Below, piece by piece: positions 9,001 through 17,300 of a stretch of DNA of 41,513 nt; positions within the stretch are counted from its first letter, which is position 1, and each line of letters opens with the position of its first letter. Source of the DNA: Candidatus Poribacteria bacterium (GTDB lineage: Bacteria > Poribacteria > WGA-4E > WGA-3G); the NCBI GenBank assembly GCA_028824575.1, contig JAPPDN010000059.1, positions 1-41,513 of the forward strand. The letters run 5' to 3'. The notes beneath the pieces were generated by a model. It made no database searches. It worked only from the letters and a program-made list of their open reading frames with translations, and was not told the DNA's origin. Position numbers and translations under genes: made by a program.

Positions 9001-10135
9001 TGCCTCTAACGACCTCATAACGAATCCGACGATTTAGGTCAGTATTGGCAGTCCCAGGCGCACTTTCAAAGCTCAAGTATGTACTTACAGGGACTACATC
9101 TTCATCCACAGGTATCCTTCGGATATCAGGCAAAATATTATCAGTGCCTGTGGCCGGAGTGGTAGCCGGCGTTACATGAACTGTGAATGTTAGAACTCGC
9201 CGTGGCCGATTGACGCTTCGCTGTACATCCGGTGGAAAATCTGCTTGTGCTGTTGCATCTGAGATCGTAATTCTATGTATTCCTACCGAAGCATCTTCAT
9301 AAACTAAAGTTATAGAAGACGGAATACCTATATCCACCATCTCCTGTAGAGATGCACTACGGGGAGTATCAGCAGGGACGCTGGTGATAAGGTCTGCCTG
9401 TGTCACCGGGAAAAAATAAGAGGAACTCTTCAATTTAAGAGTTCCGCTACCAGTAGAATCACGTACAGTTGTAATGTTAATCGCTTCATCGTTATAATAG
9501 TAAGCTGTGCTTTCAGTAACCCAATTTTGGGTATCGGTAGTAATGGCGAGTCCGGTAACTGTCGTCGTGTCCACCGCCGATGTCGTGTAATAGTGAGTAT
9601 CGCCTGCAGTATACCCTGCATCTACAGTCCTACTAACAGCAACATTAGAACGGATTCGCTCCGCGCCAGCATATTGGCGGTCCACTGTATTCCCCGCACT
9701 CCAAGTTCGACCCTCCGGCAGTGTATCAGTACCTGAAACCCCCCAATTTCGGGTATTAGTAGTAATGGCGAGTCCGGTAACTGTCGTCGTGTCCACCGCC
9801 GATGTCGTGTAATAGTGAGTATCGCCTGCAGTATACCCTGCATCTACAGTCCTACTAACAGCAACATTAGAACGGATTCGACTCCCGGTAGCATAACCAA
9901 TAGCCGTTGCGTTAGCTTTGGTATGCCTACTATTTGAATTGTAATCATTTATGTCTTTAGGGGGATTCAGTCCTACCCTAAATGACACCTCAAATGGGGT
10001 TCCCATTCGTCCCGATTGACTTAAACTCGATGTTTCTGTGAGCGTTAACGCATCTGCGATGCCTTGTACGCTGAACCCCAGCACAAGCCCCACCAGCAAT
10101 CCAAGCACGATTTTTCGCGTCGTTAAATTCTTCAT
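6032..10135 (-). CDS. giant secreted multidomain surface protein (Ig-like repeats, YWTD-type beta-propeller, dockerin-like repeats, T9SS-type CTD)
   Basis: N-terminal signal peptide. Two exact 41-aa repeats. poly-QN and poly-Thr linkers. Bacterial Ig-like segment (RLRVRVLDATNRGVSGIRVTFRV). Six repeats of the (L/V)YW(T/I)(D/E/N) type. DVDGSGTVDNADL / DVNGDGTVNDKDI dockerin/EF-hand pair. C-terminal NYPNPFNPETWIPYEL...GVYFYQL sorting domain. Confidence 0.9.
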   Translation of the reverse strand: MKNLTTRKIVLGLLVGLVLGFSVQGIADALTLTETSSLSQSGRMGTPFEVSFRVGLNPPKDINDYNSNSRHTKANATAIGYATGSRIRSNVAVSRTVDAGYTAGDTHYYTTSAVDTTTVTGLAITTNTRNWGVSGTDTLPEGRTWSAGNTVDRQYAGAERIRSNVAVSRTVDAGYTAGDTHYYTTSAVDTTTVTGLAITTDTQNWVTESTAYYYNDEAINITTVRDSTGSGTLKLKSSSYFFPVTQADLITSVPADTPRSASLQEMVDIGIPSSITLVYEDASVGIHRITISDATAQADFPPDVQRSVNRPRRVLTFTVHVTPATTPATGTDNILPDIRRIPVDEDVVPVSTYLSFESAPGTANTDLNRRIRYEVVRGSGTLYVGTLIKAETKPSSLIPGVHQGSNVYLNTNNSSNEVHVWFAGEDRTAPRATIIFEYKGQPVPTARTTNQQQNQNQNQQNQQQTTPNRLGISLSGSGDTRTVQVSALAAGTTSTSGIFTTLTTNGGTLSIPSGATPLTSTWTLPSAAGTYTVTATTTAGYTSASDSVTVTVPGTLTARQDGGTVVVSASPAPTSNLAFRLTTSGGVYAGGGEILPTGTGRAIPIGLTTGSHILTVNAEGYNATQVSFTPGTQTTTDTTTTTTTTTTQTGAAGVADSIEIDGARKLEGTVNQATRLRVRVLDATNRGVSGIRVTFRVLAPGRGRLSQRGNGRAVVAETDRSGYASASVTPLGGNLIVEAKAAGVSASVSFIIDVDGGTTPRETSDTTDGRTYQVGDKVPISLEDTLTFRGSRTLNGTSYTCVGSGECVVSYGTLVKGEIAATAVEKVEAKTYQTGDKMPISLAATLTFSGKHTLGGTVYTCVSDGECVVSYGILTKGEIEVSTVSTPSAGDSPGMSDAKAVVGAANRPVMYWIAGGGLYRLAGASAEQIAESATDVAVGSDKLYWIEQTSETRGAIHHANLDGSDAAVIKTLTSVPKGVALANGKLYITNGWGKIQRMNVDGTQFETNFLTNLGAPLGIAVSGSRIYWTDGSGRVRSAPLQGTKAIQNIVTGSGTLGGIVVDGSKVYWTEQTGARSGRIRAANLDGTGITNAYTVTATVHGLALDAANQQLYWTNGWGKVQRGVRGSRYQDVVTGLMTPTALAIGGVNTATPMPSTKPSQPASEPNYDVDGSGTVDNADLFLVSLAVGTDNVQYDVNGDGTVNDKDIALVRDNRDNGAAAAPMVFGVKLTAEQVGRLQEQIDLLIVSGDRSPDALKTLVYLQQLIATARPERTQLLANYPNPFNPETWIPYELATDTDVRITIYAANGVVVRTLQLGQQSAGYYTDRERAAYWDGRNASGEQVASGVYFYQLETDEISSLRKMVILK
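9537..9880. repeat. 222-bp-period tandem duplication inside the giant gene
   Basis: 122-nt blocks 9537-9658 and 9759-9880 are identical by eye; they encode RIRSNVAVSRTVDAGYTAGDTHYYTTSAVDTTTVTGLAITT twice. Confidence 0.85.
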
Positions 10136-10157
10136 GAAAAAATATACCTCTCTTGTG

Positions 10158-10250
10158 AGTTATAAGGGATAGGTTATAAGTAGCAAGTTAAGAGGTTTTG
10201 GATAACAGGACACCTCTGCACTTATAACTTATGGCTGACAACCCATAACT
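10158..10250. repeat. palindromic intergenic repeat, GTTATAAG/GTTAAGAGG family (degenerate copy)
   Basis: Shares GTTATAAG...AGTTAAGAGG...CCTCT..ACTTATAAC words with 19587-19701 and 39578-39744. Confidence 0.5.
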
Positions 10251-10294
10251 ATGTAAAAAAGATGTGTTTACCTTGACCTTGTTTTTCAATCCCC

Positions 10295-10357
10295 CTGCTA
10301 GGGTGGGAAGGGGGCAGTCCTGTGTTTTTTGGAGAAGTGTTACACAGGACCTAGCAG
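10295..10357. other. nested long hairpin upstream of the giant gene
   Basis: CTGCTAGG (10295-10302) pairs with CCTAGCAG (10350-10357); the inner GTCCTGTGT (10317-10325) pairs with ACACAGGAC (10342-10350). Confidence 0.5.
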
Positions 10358-10510
10358 TGCCCCCCAACAAGGTATTTTAATAGGATACTACATTTCCCAC
10401 TAAAAAGTCAATACTTTTTATATTATAACACATTAACGCCTTAATCTCGGAAATGGATACAAACTACAGAAAAATATCCTAATTCTGCCTGATAAGGAGG
10501 CTTTCTTGGT

Positions 10511-10565
10511 TCGTAGGGGGTTTTTGCTTGGGTATTTCTTCGTAGGTCCCCTCGCCCGTTTCCTG
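10511..10565. repeat. REP-like element, family 1 (full copy)
   Basis: TCGTAGGGGGTTTTTGCTTGGGTATTTCTTCGTAGGTCCCCTCGCCCGTTTCCTG; nearly the same string at 37453-37500. Confidence 0.7.
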
Positions 10566-10820
10566 CGATTCACCGCACGTCCATATTGCTGATCCACCTG
10601 CTCTGATTCCCCTTGATAAGGGAGGTGAGGGGGGTTCGAAACGGTATCTGGAACACCCCATCTGCCCGTGCCACGCCGTTCTACCCGACCTACAGGGCGT
10701 GCCTCACGAGAACCGATGGGAAACCCAAACCCCCAAAATCCGCGTCCTCCGCGAAAATCCGCGATTCAGACAACAAAAAAGGCACGGTGCCTACACCGCG
10801 CCTCTTACTGACAATTATTC

Positions 10821-11498
10821 TTAGTATGGCTTCACATGCAGCGAACCCCAGTTCCAATGCCCATCGATGAGTTCGATCCGGGCGTGTTCATCGCTCGTCA
10901 ATGCCGATGCGAGATCATGCCACGCACCCCCAAGTGGAAACGCAACATCGCATTCCACCACACCCGGCGCAATCTGAATAGGGTTCGCGAGACGCACCTG
11001 CTTCTGCAGCTTCAGCAGCGACCATGTGTATTCAATCGAGGCATCCCACCGCTCCCGTTCACGTTCTATCTCTTTCAACGGGCGACCGGCACGCTGGGCA
11101 GACGTATCACACGACAGTGGAACAGAAACACCCCGCAACTGCACTTGACACCAAACAATCGTCTCAATGCCACCGCCAGTCACGCCAGGCCACACGCCGC
11201 CCGGATGTACCCGCACGTTCAAACGGTAATCGCGTGCGGTATCTATGTCGTGCTGATATTCGATCTCGGCATAGAACGACCCATCGTCCTGCGTAGGGGT
11301 GTTTTTGCTTGGGTGTTTCCCCAGGTCTCCCAACCCGTTCGTTGGGTCTCCTAACCCGTTCACCGATTCCTCTTTCGGCGGTGGGTCCCCAGGCGAGGAC
11401 GCAAGACTGAATCTTTCGACACTCACCGCTGCGCCGAACCCCAGAAACACGATCCCGAAAATAAAAAGAAATATCCGCAAACTTAAGGGTTTCCGCAC
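10821..11498 (-). CDS. membrane-anchored protein, possibly SNase/thermonuclease-like
   Basis: Start reassigned to GTG 11498 (GGAGGA 6 nt upstream), giving VRKPLSLRIFLFIFGIVFLGFGAAVSV as signal/anchor. The C-terminal domain has loosely SNase-like motifs (VQLRGVSVP...QVRLANP...GGAWHDLASAL); the family call is weak. Confidence 0.5.
   Translation of the reverse strand: MRKPLSLRIFLFIFGIVFLGFGAAVSVERFSLASSPGDPPPKEESVNGLGDPTNGLGDLGKHPSKNTPTQDDGSFYAEIEYQHDIDTARDYRLNVRVHPGGVWPGVTGGGIETIVWCQVQLRGVSVPLSCDTSAQRAGRPLKEIERERERWDASIEYTWSLLKLQKQVRLANPIQIAPGVVECDVAFPLGGAWHDLASALTSDEHARIELIDGHWNWGSLHVKPY
11292..11340. repeat. REP-like family 1 copy embedded in frame in CDS 10821-11498
   Basis: CGTAGGGGTGTTTTTGCTTGGGTGTTTCCCCAGGTCTCCCAACCCGTTC; read on the minus strand it encodes the linker ...GLGDLGKHPSKNTPTQDD. 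Confidence 0.6.
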
Positions 11499-11690
11499 GG
11501 TTCGTCCTCCTCTAATGGTGCTTTCGCCTCTGGGGGTTCTGGCAACGCCCGCAAATAAAAACGCAATAACATCCGATACCGCGGATCCCGCTTCGGATAC
11601 GAATACATCGGAATCGCCCATGCTGGACGCGGCACTTGGATAAGTTTGTTTCCGTTTCGCACAACAATCATTCTTTAATTATACCTTGCG

Positions 11691-11725
11691 GTTCGTAGGG
11701 GCGGGGTCTCCCCGCCCGTTTTCTG
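11691..11725. repeat. REP-like palindrome, family 2
   Basis: GTTCGTAGGGGCGGGGTCTCCCCGCCCGTTTTCTG (GGGGCGGGG/CCCCGCCC stem). Confidence 0.65.
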
Positions 11726-11767
11726 TCGTTCTAACCTTAACCCTCTTAAACCAAAGCGCGTGGTTTC

Positions 11768-11990
11768 CTGCAACACCGGTTTTTTAACAATTGCTTCTGA
11801 GCTTCTGCGTTCGTTGTCCTTGCACAGTCCCAATTGTGAACAGACCTTTCATAACCTAAAGTAGGTTTCTTAACTTAACCGAAAACCATCGTGGAACGAA
11901 GTGGAACGATGCCCAGATTCAATAAATTAAAAACCAATTTTAGATCGGCGTTGACAACGGAAACGCCGCCCAGACACCCATAATTAAAAA
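11768..11990. repeat. composite X-Y structured repeat, copy A
   Basis: Aligns with 14128-14363: X part 11768-11875 (stem ACAATTG/CAATTGT), a ~55-nt insertion, and Y part 11936-11990 (GGCGTT-GACAACGGA-AACGCC). It overlaps the stop codon of the OMP gene. Confidence 0.8.
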
Positions 11991-12757
11991 TCGTAATCCA
12001 ATGTCCAAAGGTTGGCAATTTCGCGTTCCAGTTCGCCATCAAACGTTTGGAAACCGACATCTAACGCGCCAGTGAGTTCCAACTGCGTGCCGAGTTCCCA
12101 AGACGAGCTCAACGTCGCGATTAACTGATGCACCGCATCCTCTGCTCCCGATAACTCCGGCATCCCTTGTAACCGCACATGCGCAAAAGACAGATCGAAC
12201 TCCGCCTCGAGGAGCGCGTTCACAGAATTACCCGCCTTTATGCTGAGTCCTGTCGGCGCAGGGTTCACCGCATCAAGCCCTAAACCCCTTAATGTAGATA
12301 CATCATAGCCTTTATCTTCAAGCGTTTTTAAGGCATTCGGCGGACCGAACACACCCCCGTTCCTGCCGAAAATACCGAGAGAGACCTGCACATCCCCGAA
12401 CGTTCGACCGAACTTCGCACCGATGTCCGTGGCACGTCCCAAATCGGAGACGCTGTATCCCTTGAGTTTCGTTTTCGTGAAGATACCCGCATCGAAGCCA
12501 GCGACCGGCACAGAGACTTCCAAATTAGACTTACCGAGAATCTGATCGCCACTTTGCACCGTCGCCTCCAATTCACACTTCGCCGCACCCATCTCAAACG
12601 GGATGTCCGCAGACGCACCCCATGAGACATCCGGTCCGATCTGGTTCACGGAGAGCCCGATACTCCGATCCGCATCCGCATTTACACCCGAAAACATCAC
12701 CAGCGCGAGAAGCAACGCGCCCCACACCCAATTCTTTCTACCGTTCTTCAAAAACAT
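11984..12757 (-). CDS. outer-membrane beta-barrel protein (Lom-like position)
   Basis: Signal peptide MFLKNGRKNWVWGALLLALVMFSGVNADA, alternating amphipathic strands, C-terminal ...WTLDYDF (terminal Phe); AAGGAG RBS. Confidence 0.7.
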   Translation of the reverse strand: MFLKNGRKNWVWGALLLALVMFSGVNADADRSIGLSVNQIGPDVSWGASADIPFEMGAAKCELEATVQSGDQILGKSNLEVSVPVAGFDAGIFTKTKLKGYSVSDLGRATDIGAKFGRTFGDVQVSLGIFGRNGGVFGPPNALKTLEDKGYDVSTLRGLGLDAVNPAPTGLSIKAGNSVNALLEAEFDLSFAHVRLQGMPELSGAEDAVHQLIATLSSSWELGTQLELTGALDVGFQTFDGELEREIANLWTLDYDF

Positions 12758-12794
12758 TTGTGTATCTCCTTATATTGATTTAATAGTTTTCAGT

Positions 12795-12827
12795 TCTCGT
12801 AGGGGCGAGGTTACCTCGTCCTTACAA
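12795..12827. repeat. REP-like palindrome, family 2
   Basis: TTCTCGTAGGGGCGAGGTTACCTCGTCCTTACA. Confidence 0.6.
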
Positions 12828-13238
12828 CTGATAACTTCTCTATAGAATACCGAGATTTAGAGGTGAAACGGAAGTGGATTCAACACCCCGATATGCTGAT
12901 TTACAATACATACGCAATAAATTTGCCAAGAAAGTGAGTATCTGATAAAATCTCAAGGAGATAGAGAAGAAGTTGACCGCAACGACGCTGAGGATATCCG
13001 CGAAGCAAGCACCCGCATCGGGTATTTTTTTATCATTATGGGTGAAAATGCCAAAGGGAGTGTTGATAATGTGGGTTTCTTTAGAAATGATTTGACCGAC
13101 ACACACGTTCGGATGATCTATACGCAAGGTCTGGCGAATATTATCAATATCGCTGGTGTGGATCCGGGTGGTAAAGCTGCGACGACGTGGGGCACCTTGA
13201 AGCAGCGGTGATAGCACCCACTATAAAACCGCATTGAG

Positions 13239-13271
13239 CATCGTAGGGGCGAGGTCCCCTCGCCAGTTCCC
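13239..13271. repeat. REP-like palindrome, family 2
   Basis: CATCGTAGGGGCGAGGTCCCCTCGCCAGTTCCC (GGGGCGAGG/CCTCGCC stem). Confidence 0.65.
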
Positions 13272-13294
13272 TATGCCGCGTTCCCTCGTCCGTT

Positions 13295-14107
13295 TCACTG
13301 TTCGGAGACGCTGAAGGTCAATATCTCCCCACCCGTTTTATCGTCTGTCCTGTAGCGAACCGGCACCCGTTCCCCTATGAACGTCGCTGGGAAAATCCGC
13401 CAGGGGAATCGCGACGGCTCCTGCGCATGTACATGATTCCGGTTCTCCGACCGCCAATACAAAAACTCTTCGGGCGTTTCCAAAAGCGTTTTCCCAGGCA
13501 CCACCTTCACGGCGTAGTCCACTTCCCATTTATCGCGTTCAGCCCCGACCGGAGACCCATAGCCGAGACTGCCCCTGGGTGCTGAATGAATCTCGCCACT
13601 CCGATCCACAAAGTCGGCGTTGATCTCCGTAAAGTCACCGTTCGCATCTATGGAAATCCCGAACTCCAGGAGCATCACCTCAATGATCTTGACATTGCTC
13701 CCCGTGAACCTCAGCCGCACACGCGTCGCCGTGAAATGCGCATCTAACAGATACAAGTCGTGCTGGAAGCCGTTCACGAGGGTGCTGACATCCGTGCCTT
13801 CCCAATTCTTCACTGTTGCCGGCATCCTGCGATTGCTATATCCTACTCCCGATCCACCGGTAGGCGTCGCACTGTGCCTTTCAATCCCGATCCCCTTCAC
13901 GAAGACAGCATCCACCCGCGTCGGGTTCCCGTTCACTGCGATGTTGATGTCGTAATCCGTTTCTGTTGAGAACGTCCTGTAATCGTTGTCCGAGACCGCA
14001 CGGATGATATTCGATGCATTCCCATGTTCGCTAATCCGCGCCCCGTCCTCCAAATAGTTGACGCATTCCTTAAAGAACAGCGCGTTGTGTAAAGAGAAAC
14101 CCTTCAT
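13295..14107 (-). CDS. phage accessory tail protein, possibly with a galactose-binding/discoidin-like domain
   Basis: 270-aa ORF with AGGAGGG RBS. The N-terminal half (AVSDNDYRTFSTETDYDINIAVNGNPTRVDAVFVKG...VRLRFTGSNVKIIEVMLLE) resembles carbohydrate-binding jelly-roll modules. It lies after the host-specificity gene. Confidence 0.55.
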   Translation of the reverse strand: MKGFSLHNALFFKECVNYLEDGARISEHGNASNIIRAVSDNDYRTFSTETDYDINIAVNGNPTRVDAVFVKGIGIERHSATPTGGSGVGYSNRRMPATVKNWEGTDVSTLVNGFQHDLYLLDAHFTATRVRLRFTGSNVKIIEVMLLEFGISIDANGDFTEINADFVDRSGEIHSAPRGSLGYGSPVGAERDKWEVDYAVKVVPGKTLLETPEEFLYWRSENRNHVHAQEPSRFPWRIFPATFIGERVPVRYRTDDKTGGEILTFSVSEQ

Positions 14108-14127
14108 CTATCAAACCCTCCTGACCG

Positions 14128-14363
14128 AACCGCAGGGTTTTTTAACGATTGCTTCTGAGCTGCTGCGTCCGTTGTCCTTGCAGTATTTCAATCGTTAACG
14201 AGCCTCTCATAATCTAAAGTAGGTTTTTTACCAATTTTAGATCGATGCCGACAACGGAGGCATCGCTCAGAAGCACATAATTAAAAAATCGTAACCTAAA
14301 GCAGGTTTTTTACCAATTTTAGATCGGCGTTGACAACGGAAACGCCGCCCAGGGGCTCATAGT
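14128..14363. repeat. composite X-Y-Y structured repeat, copy B
   Basis: X hairpin TTAACGATTG (14142-14151) / CAATCGTTAA (14189-14198). Two tandem ~82-bp Y units with stems GATGCC/GGCATC (14244-14264) and GGCGTT/AACGCC (14326-14346) around the identical loop GACAACGGA. Confidence 0.85.
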
Positions 14364-17300
14364 TTAAAATCCGTGCCAGCGGATGAGGGTACCTGCGCCA
14401 TCTGCGAAAAACGGAGTCCCCGCACCATCCGTAATATGCAGCGGAGCTTGCACTGCCGGTAAGACCTCAATCGGCTGCGTGAGCAGGATCACCTGCCCCT
14501 CCGAATCCGTCGCCGTATAAACGTAATCCATCTCCGCCATCACCGCAACCGGTGTCCCGCTGAGCGTCCGGGTCCTCGGATCAAACCGCAACCCTTTCCC
14601 GAGCGCCGGTGAAAAGGCATAGGTAAACGGGTTCCCGATCGGACTCATCCCCGCAGGCAGCACGACAGGCATCATCTCCGCATACTGCACCAGCGTCAGT
14701 TTCGGGAGTTCAGAAACTTCAAAAGTCGGAGCCACATCGAAATAGAGTGCATCCCCGAAATAGAGCGGGGCTTTCCCCGCACCATCCACCAAAAGCGGAG
14801 TCCCCGCACCATCCGTTGTCAAGTAATGCCGTGTCAGGTCCGCCATCCGCACGACTTCCGGCGTAACCACAGGTGTCACCTGCCGCCCCCGAATCGTCGT
14901 GAATTCGCTACCCGTCCGCACCGACATCACCTGCATCGCGATGAGATACCCGTCAACTTCCGGGGCATCCGCGAGATACTTAAAACAGACAATCTCGCCT
15001 AAGTTCACGGCATAGAACGCACGCACCCGGACATTGATGAGATACGCCAAATCCTTGAAACGCTCCAGATACTGCTTAGAGATAAACTCGACCCAGGGCA
15101 GCTCGTGTTCCGTTGTGCTTAACGCCAACTGCAACGGATTCGACCCGAATTGCGACTGACTCGCTGCGTCTAACACACGACTCCGCACGGGCGATCCCTC
15201 TTCAATCGAGTTATAGAGATGATCGGAATCCAAGGAGACGGTTACCTCCAAATACGGTTCCGAAGACCGCATCGTGTTTCGCGCCTCGATGGGTCTATGG
15301 ACAAACGTGATAAGTGAGTCCGCCGCATGCGGGACAATGGGGGTCGCCAGTTCACCGCGCGAGATACCCGTGAAATGCGTCGCCGTCCGACCCGTATACC
15401 GCACCAATTCCGAACCGATCAGCAGATACCCCATCGTCGGGAACGCATGATTCGCAAACGCATACCCTATTTCTGTGTCAGGGACCCCTACATCCGCCGC
15501 TACGAACGCACCGCGGGCCCGACGGTTCTGTAAACTTAAGATATTCTTGTCGATGGAGACCGTCGCACCGACGGTCGTCGCTAACGAGGTCAAGACCTCC
15601 GAGATAGCACCCGATGTCGGTAGCACCGGCACTTTGTAACGGTATTTCTTCCCAAACGAGAACCATTGCCAATTCTCAGGTCGAGACGCATCGCTTTCGG
15701 GCTGCCCTATCAAGGCAGGGTCCCCGTATCCCATCACGAAATGTAAATCGTCGTCGAAACTTATGCCCCGCATCGGGAGCTGTCCGCCGTAGGCACGATT
15801 ATTATCAAAATAGACGTTCCCAAGCGTTTCGATCTCGCCTGTCATCAGAATCCGTTTCAAAAAGCCTTTCGCCTCGGACGCATCAAACGCAACCTCGCGA
15901 TTGCGCGCCTCAAACAGATAAGACACCGCGGGCGACTCTACGAAATAGATATACCCGTCTGCGGAAAAGTCGGGATTTGCGAGGCTATCGGCTCGCAAAT
16001 CGTTACCTTCTGTTTGGCTTTCGCGAACAGAAGCCGACTTTTCCGAGTGTTTCGTTAGCATACACGGTCCGTACTGCACGAAATCATACGTCGCTAATGC
16101 CTGGAGCTGCAACGTCACCTGATTATACCGATACAGAATCACACCCGCATCCGTGCTGATGTCCCGACCGTTACGACTCACCGGCACGATCAGGTAGATG
16201 TTATGCCCATCCACAAGCACTTCATGCACCCCAAGCCACGCATCCCCCGCGGTATCATCGAACGCCCTGAACCGAGACAGGAGTTCTGTCCGCTGGAAAA
16301 CCGTCTCTGTTGTCCCGTCTGTCCATTTCTCAATCGTCAATGTGCTGGTCGTGTCCGTCCCTTCCACCGACGCAAAGAAGACCTCCCCAGCATCCGTCAC
16401 ATCGAAAGCGAAATTTAAGTGGTTCTGATACGCATCTTTATTGCGTGTGAAGAGTGCTGATACACGCCCGTTCGGTTCCCGACGCGCCAGACCGAATGCC
16501 GTGCCCTTCGCATACCGATACACGAAACTCCCATCGGTCCCTTGATACCGAAACCCACCGCGCACGCCACGCGTGATCCCTCGCCACGTGTAATCCAAAC
16601 CGCTCACACCGACCCAGTAATGCAACCCCGCTTGTGGACGGAAGTCTGTTTCTTTTCCGATAAGCACCCTGTAGTGATGCACGCTCTGCTGGTATGAGAC
16701 GATCTGCGTGTTCTCGGATACACTCGCGTCATATCCCAGAACTACCGATTGTGGGACTTTCGACACAGGGTCCACGCTCCGATCGAAGTCCGTCGCATCC
16801 GTTACGATCACCGCGAAGGTGTCGAAATCTGAACTCGCAAAACTCACGACCGAGAGTTCCGGATCGAATTCATATAGAACCTGGTGCGTCTCCTTTTTTA
16901 CGTCGTAGCATACCAACGCATCCGATATATAATTGACAGGGTTCGAGAGCAGGTAATAAAATACCCCGTTCTCAGCGTCTACGATCCAATCTACCGGATA
17001 CCGCAGCAATCTACCCCGTTCTACAGGGAAGGCGAGGTTCCCGTTTGAACGGATATGTGAGGTTTCCCCTATCGCTTCGGGTTCCATGGCGTGCACCGTG
17101 AGTAAGACGGGTTCCTGTTTGACGAGTTTCTCTACGGCTGCCTGCGGGGAGAGATACCGATGCGGGGTTTGCGTTTTCACCAATACGGGGATCGGGGTCC
17201 TGTCTTCTGATACCGATAGATACCCGCCCTGGGTTCGCACCTCCGACTCGGTCATAAATGCCGTGTCGTCTTCCGTCACGCCTTCGGGCGCGTTCTGGAT

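Noticed and set aside
10479-10870. Small ORFs (60-85 aa) in the 10.2-10.8 kb non-coding stretch
   Set aside because: They translate REP-like repeats (for example PLSRGIRAGG and FVGPLARF strings), and I saw no convincing start-site context for them.
12840-13217. 125-aa minus-strand ORF between two REP palindromes
   Set aside because: No RBS, odd composition, and it is bounded by REPs. The plus strand here has a short frame ending ...VDPGGKAATTWGTLKQR-stop that looks like the decayed 3' end of some secreted-protein gene. I could not support either as a functional gene.
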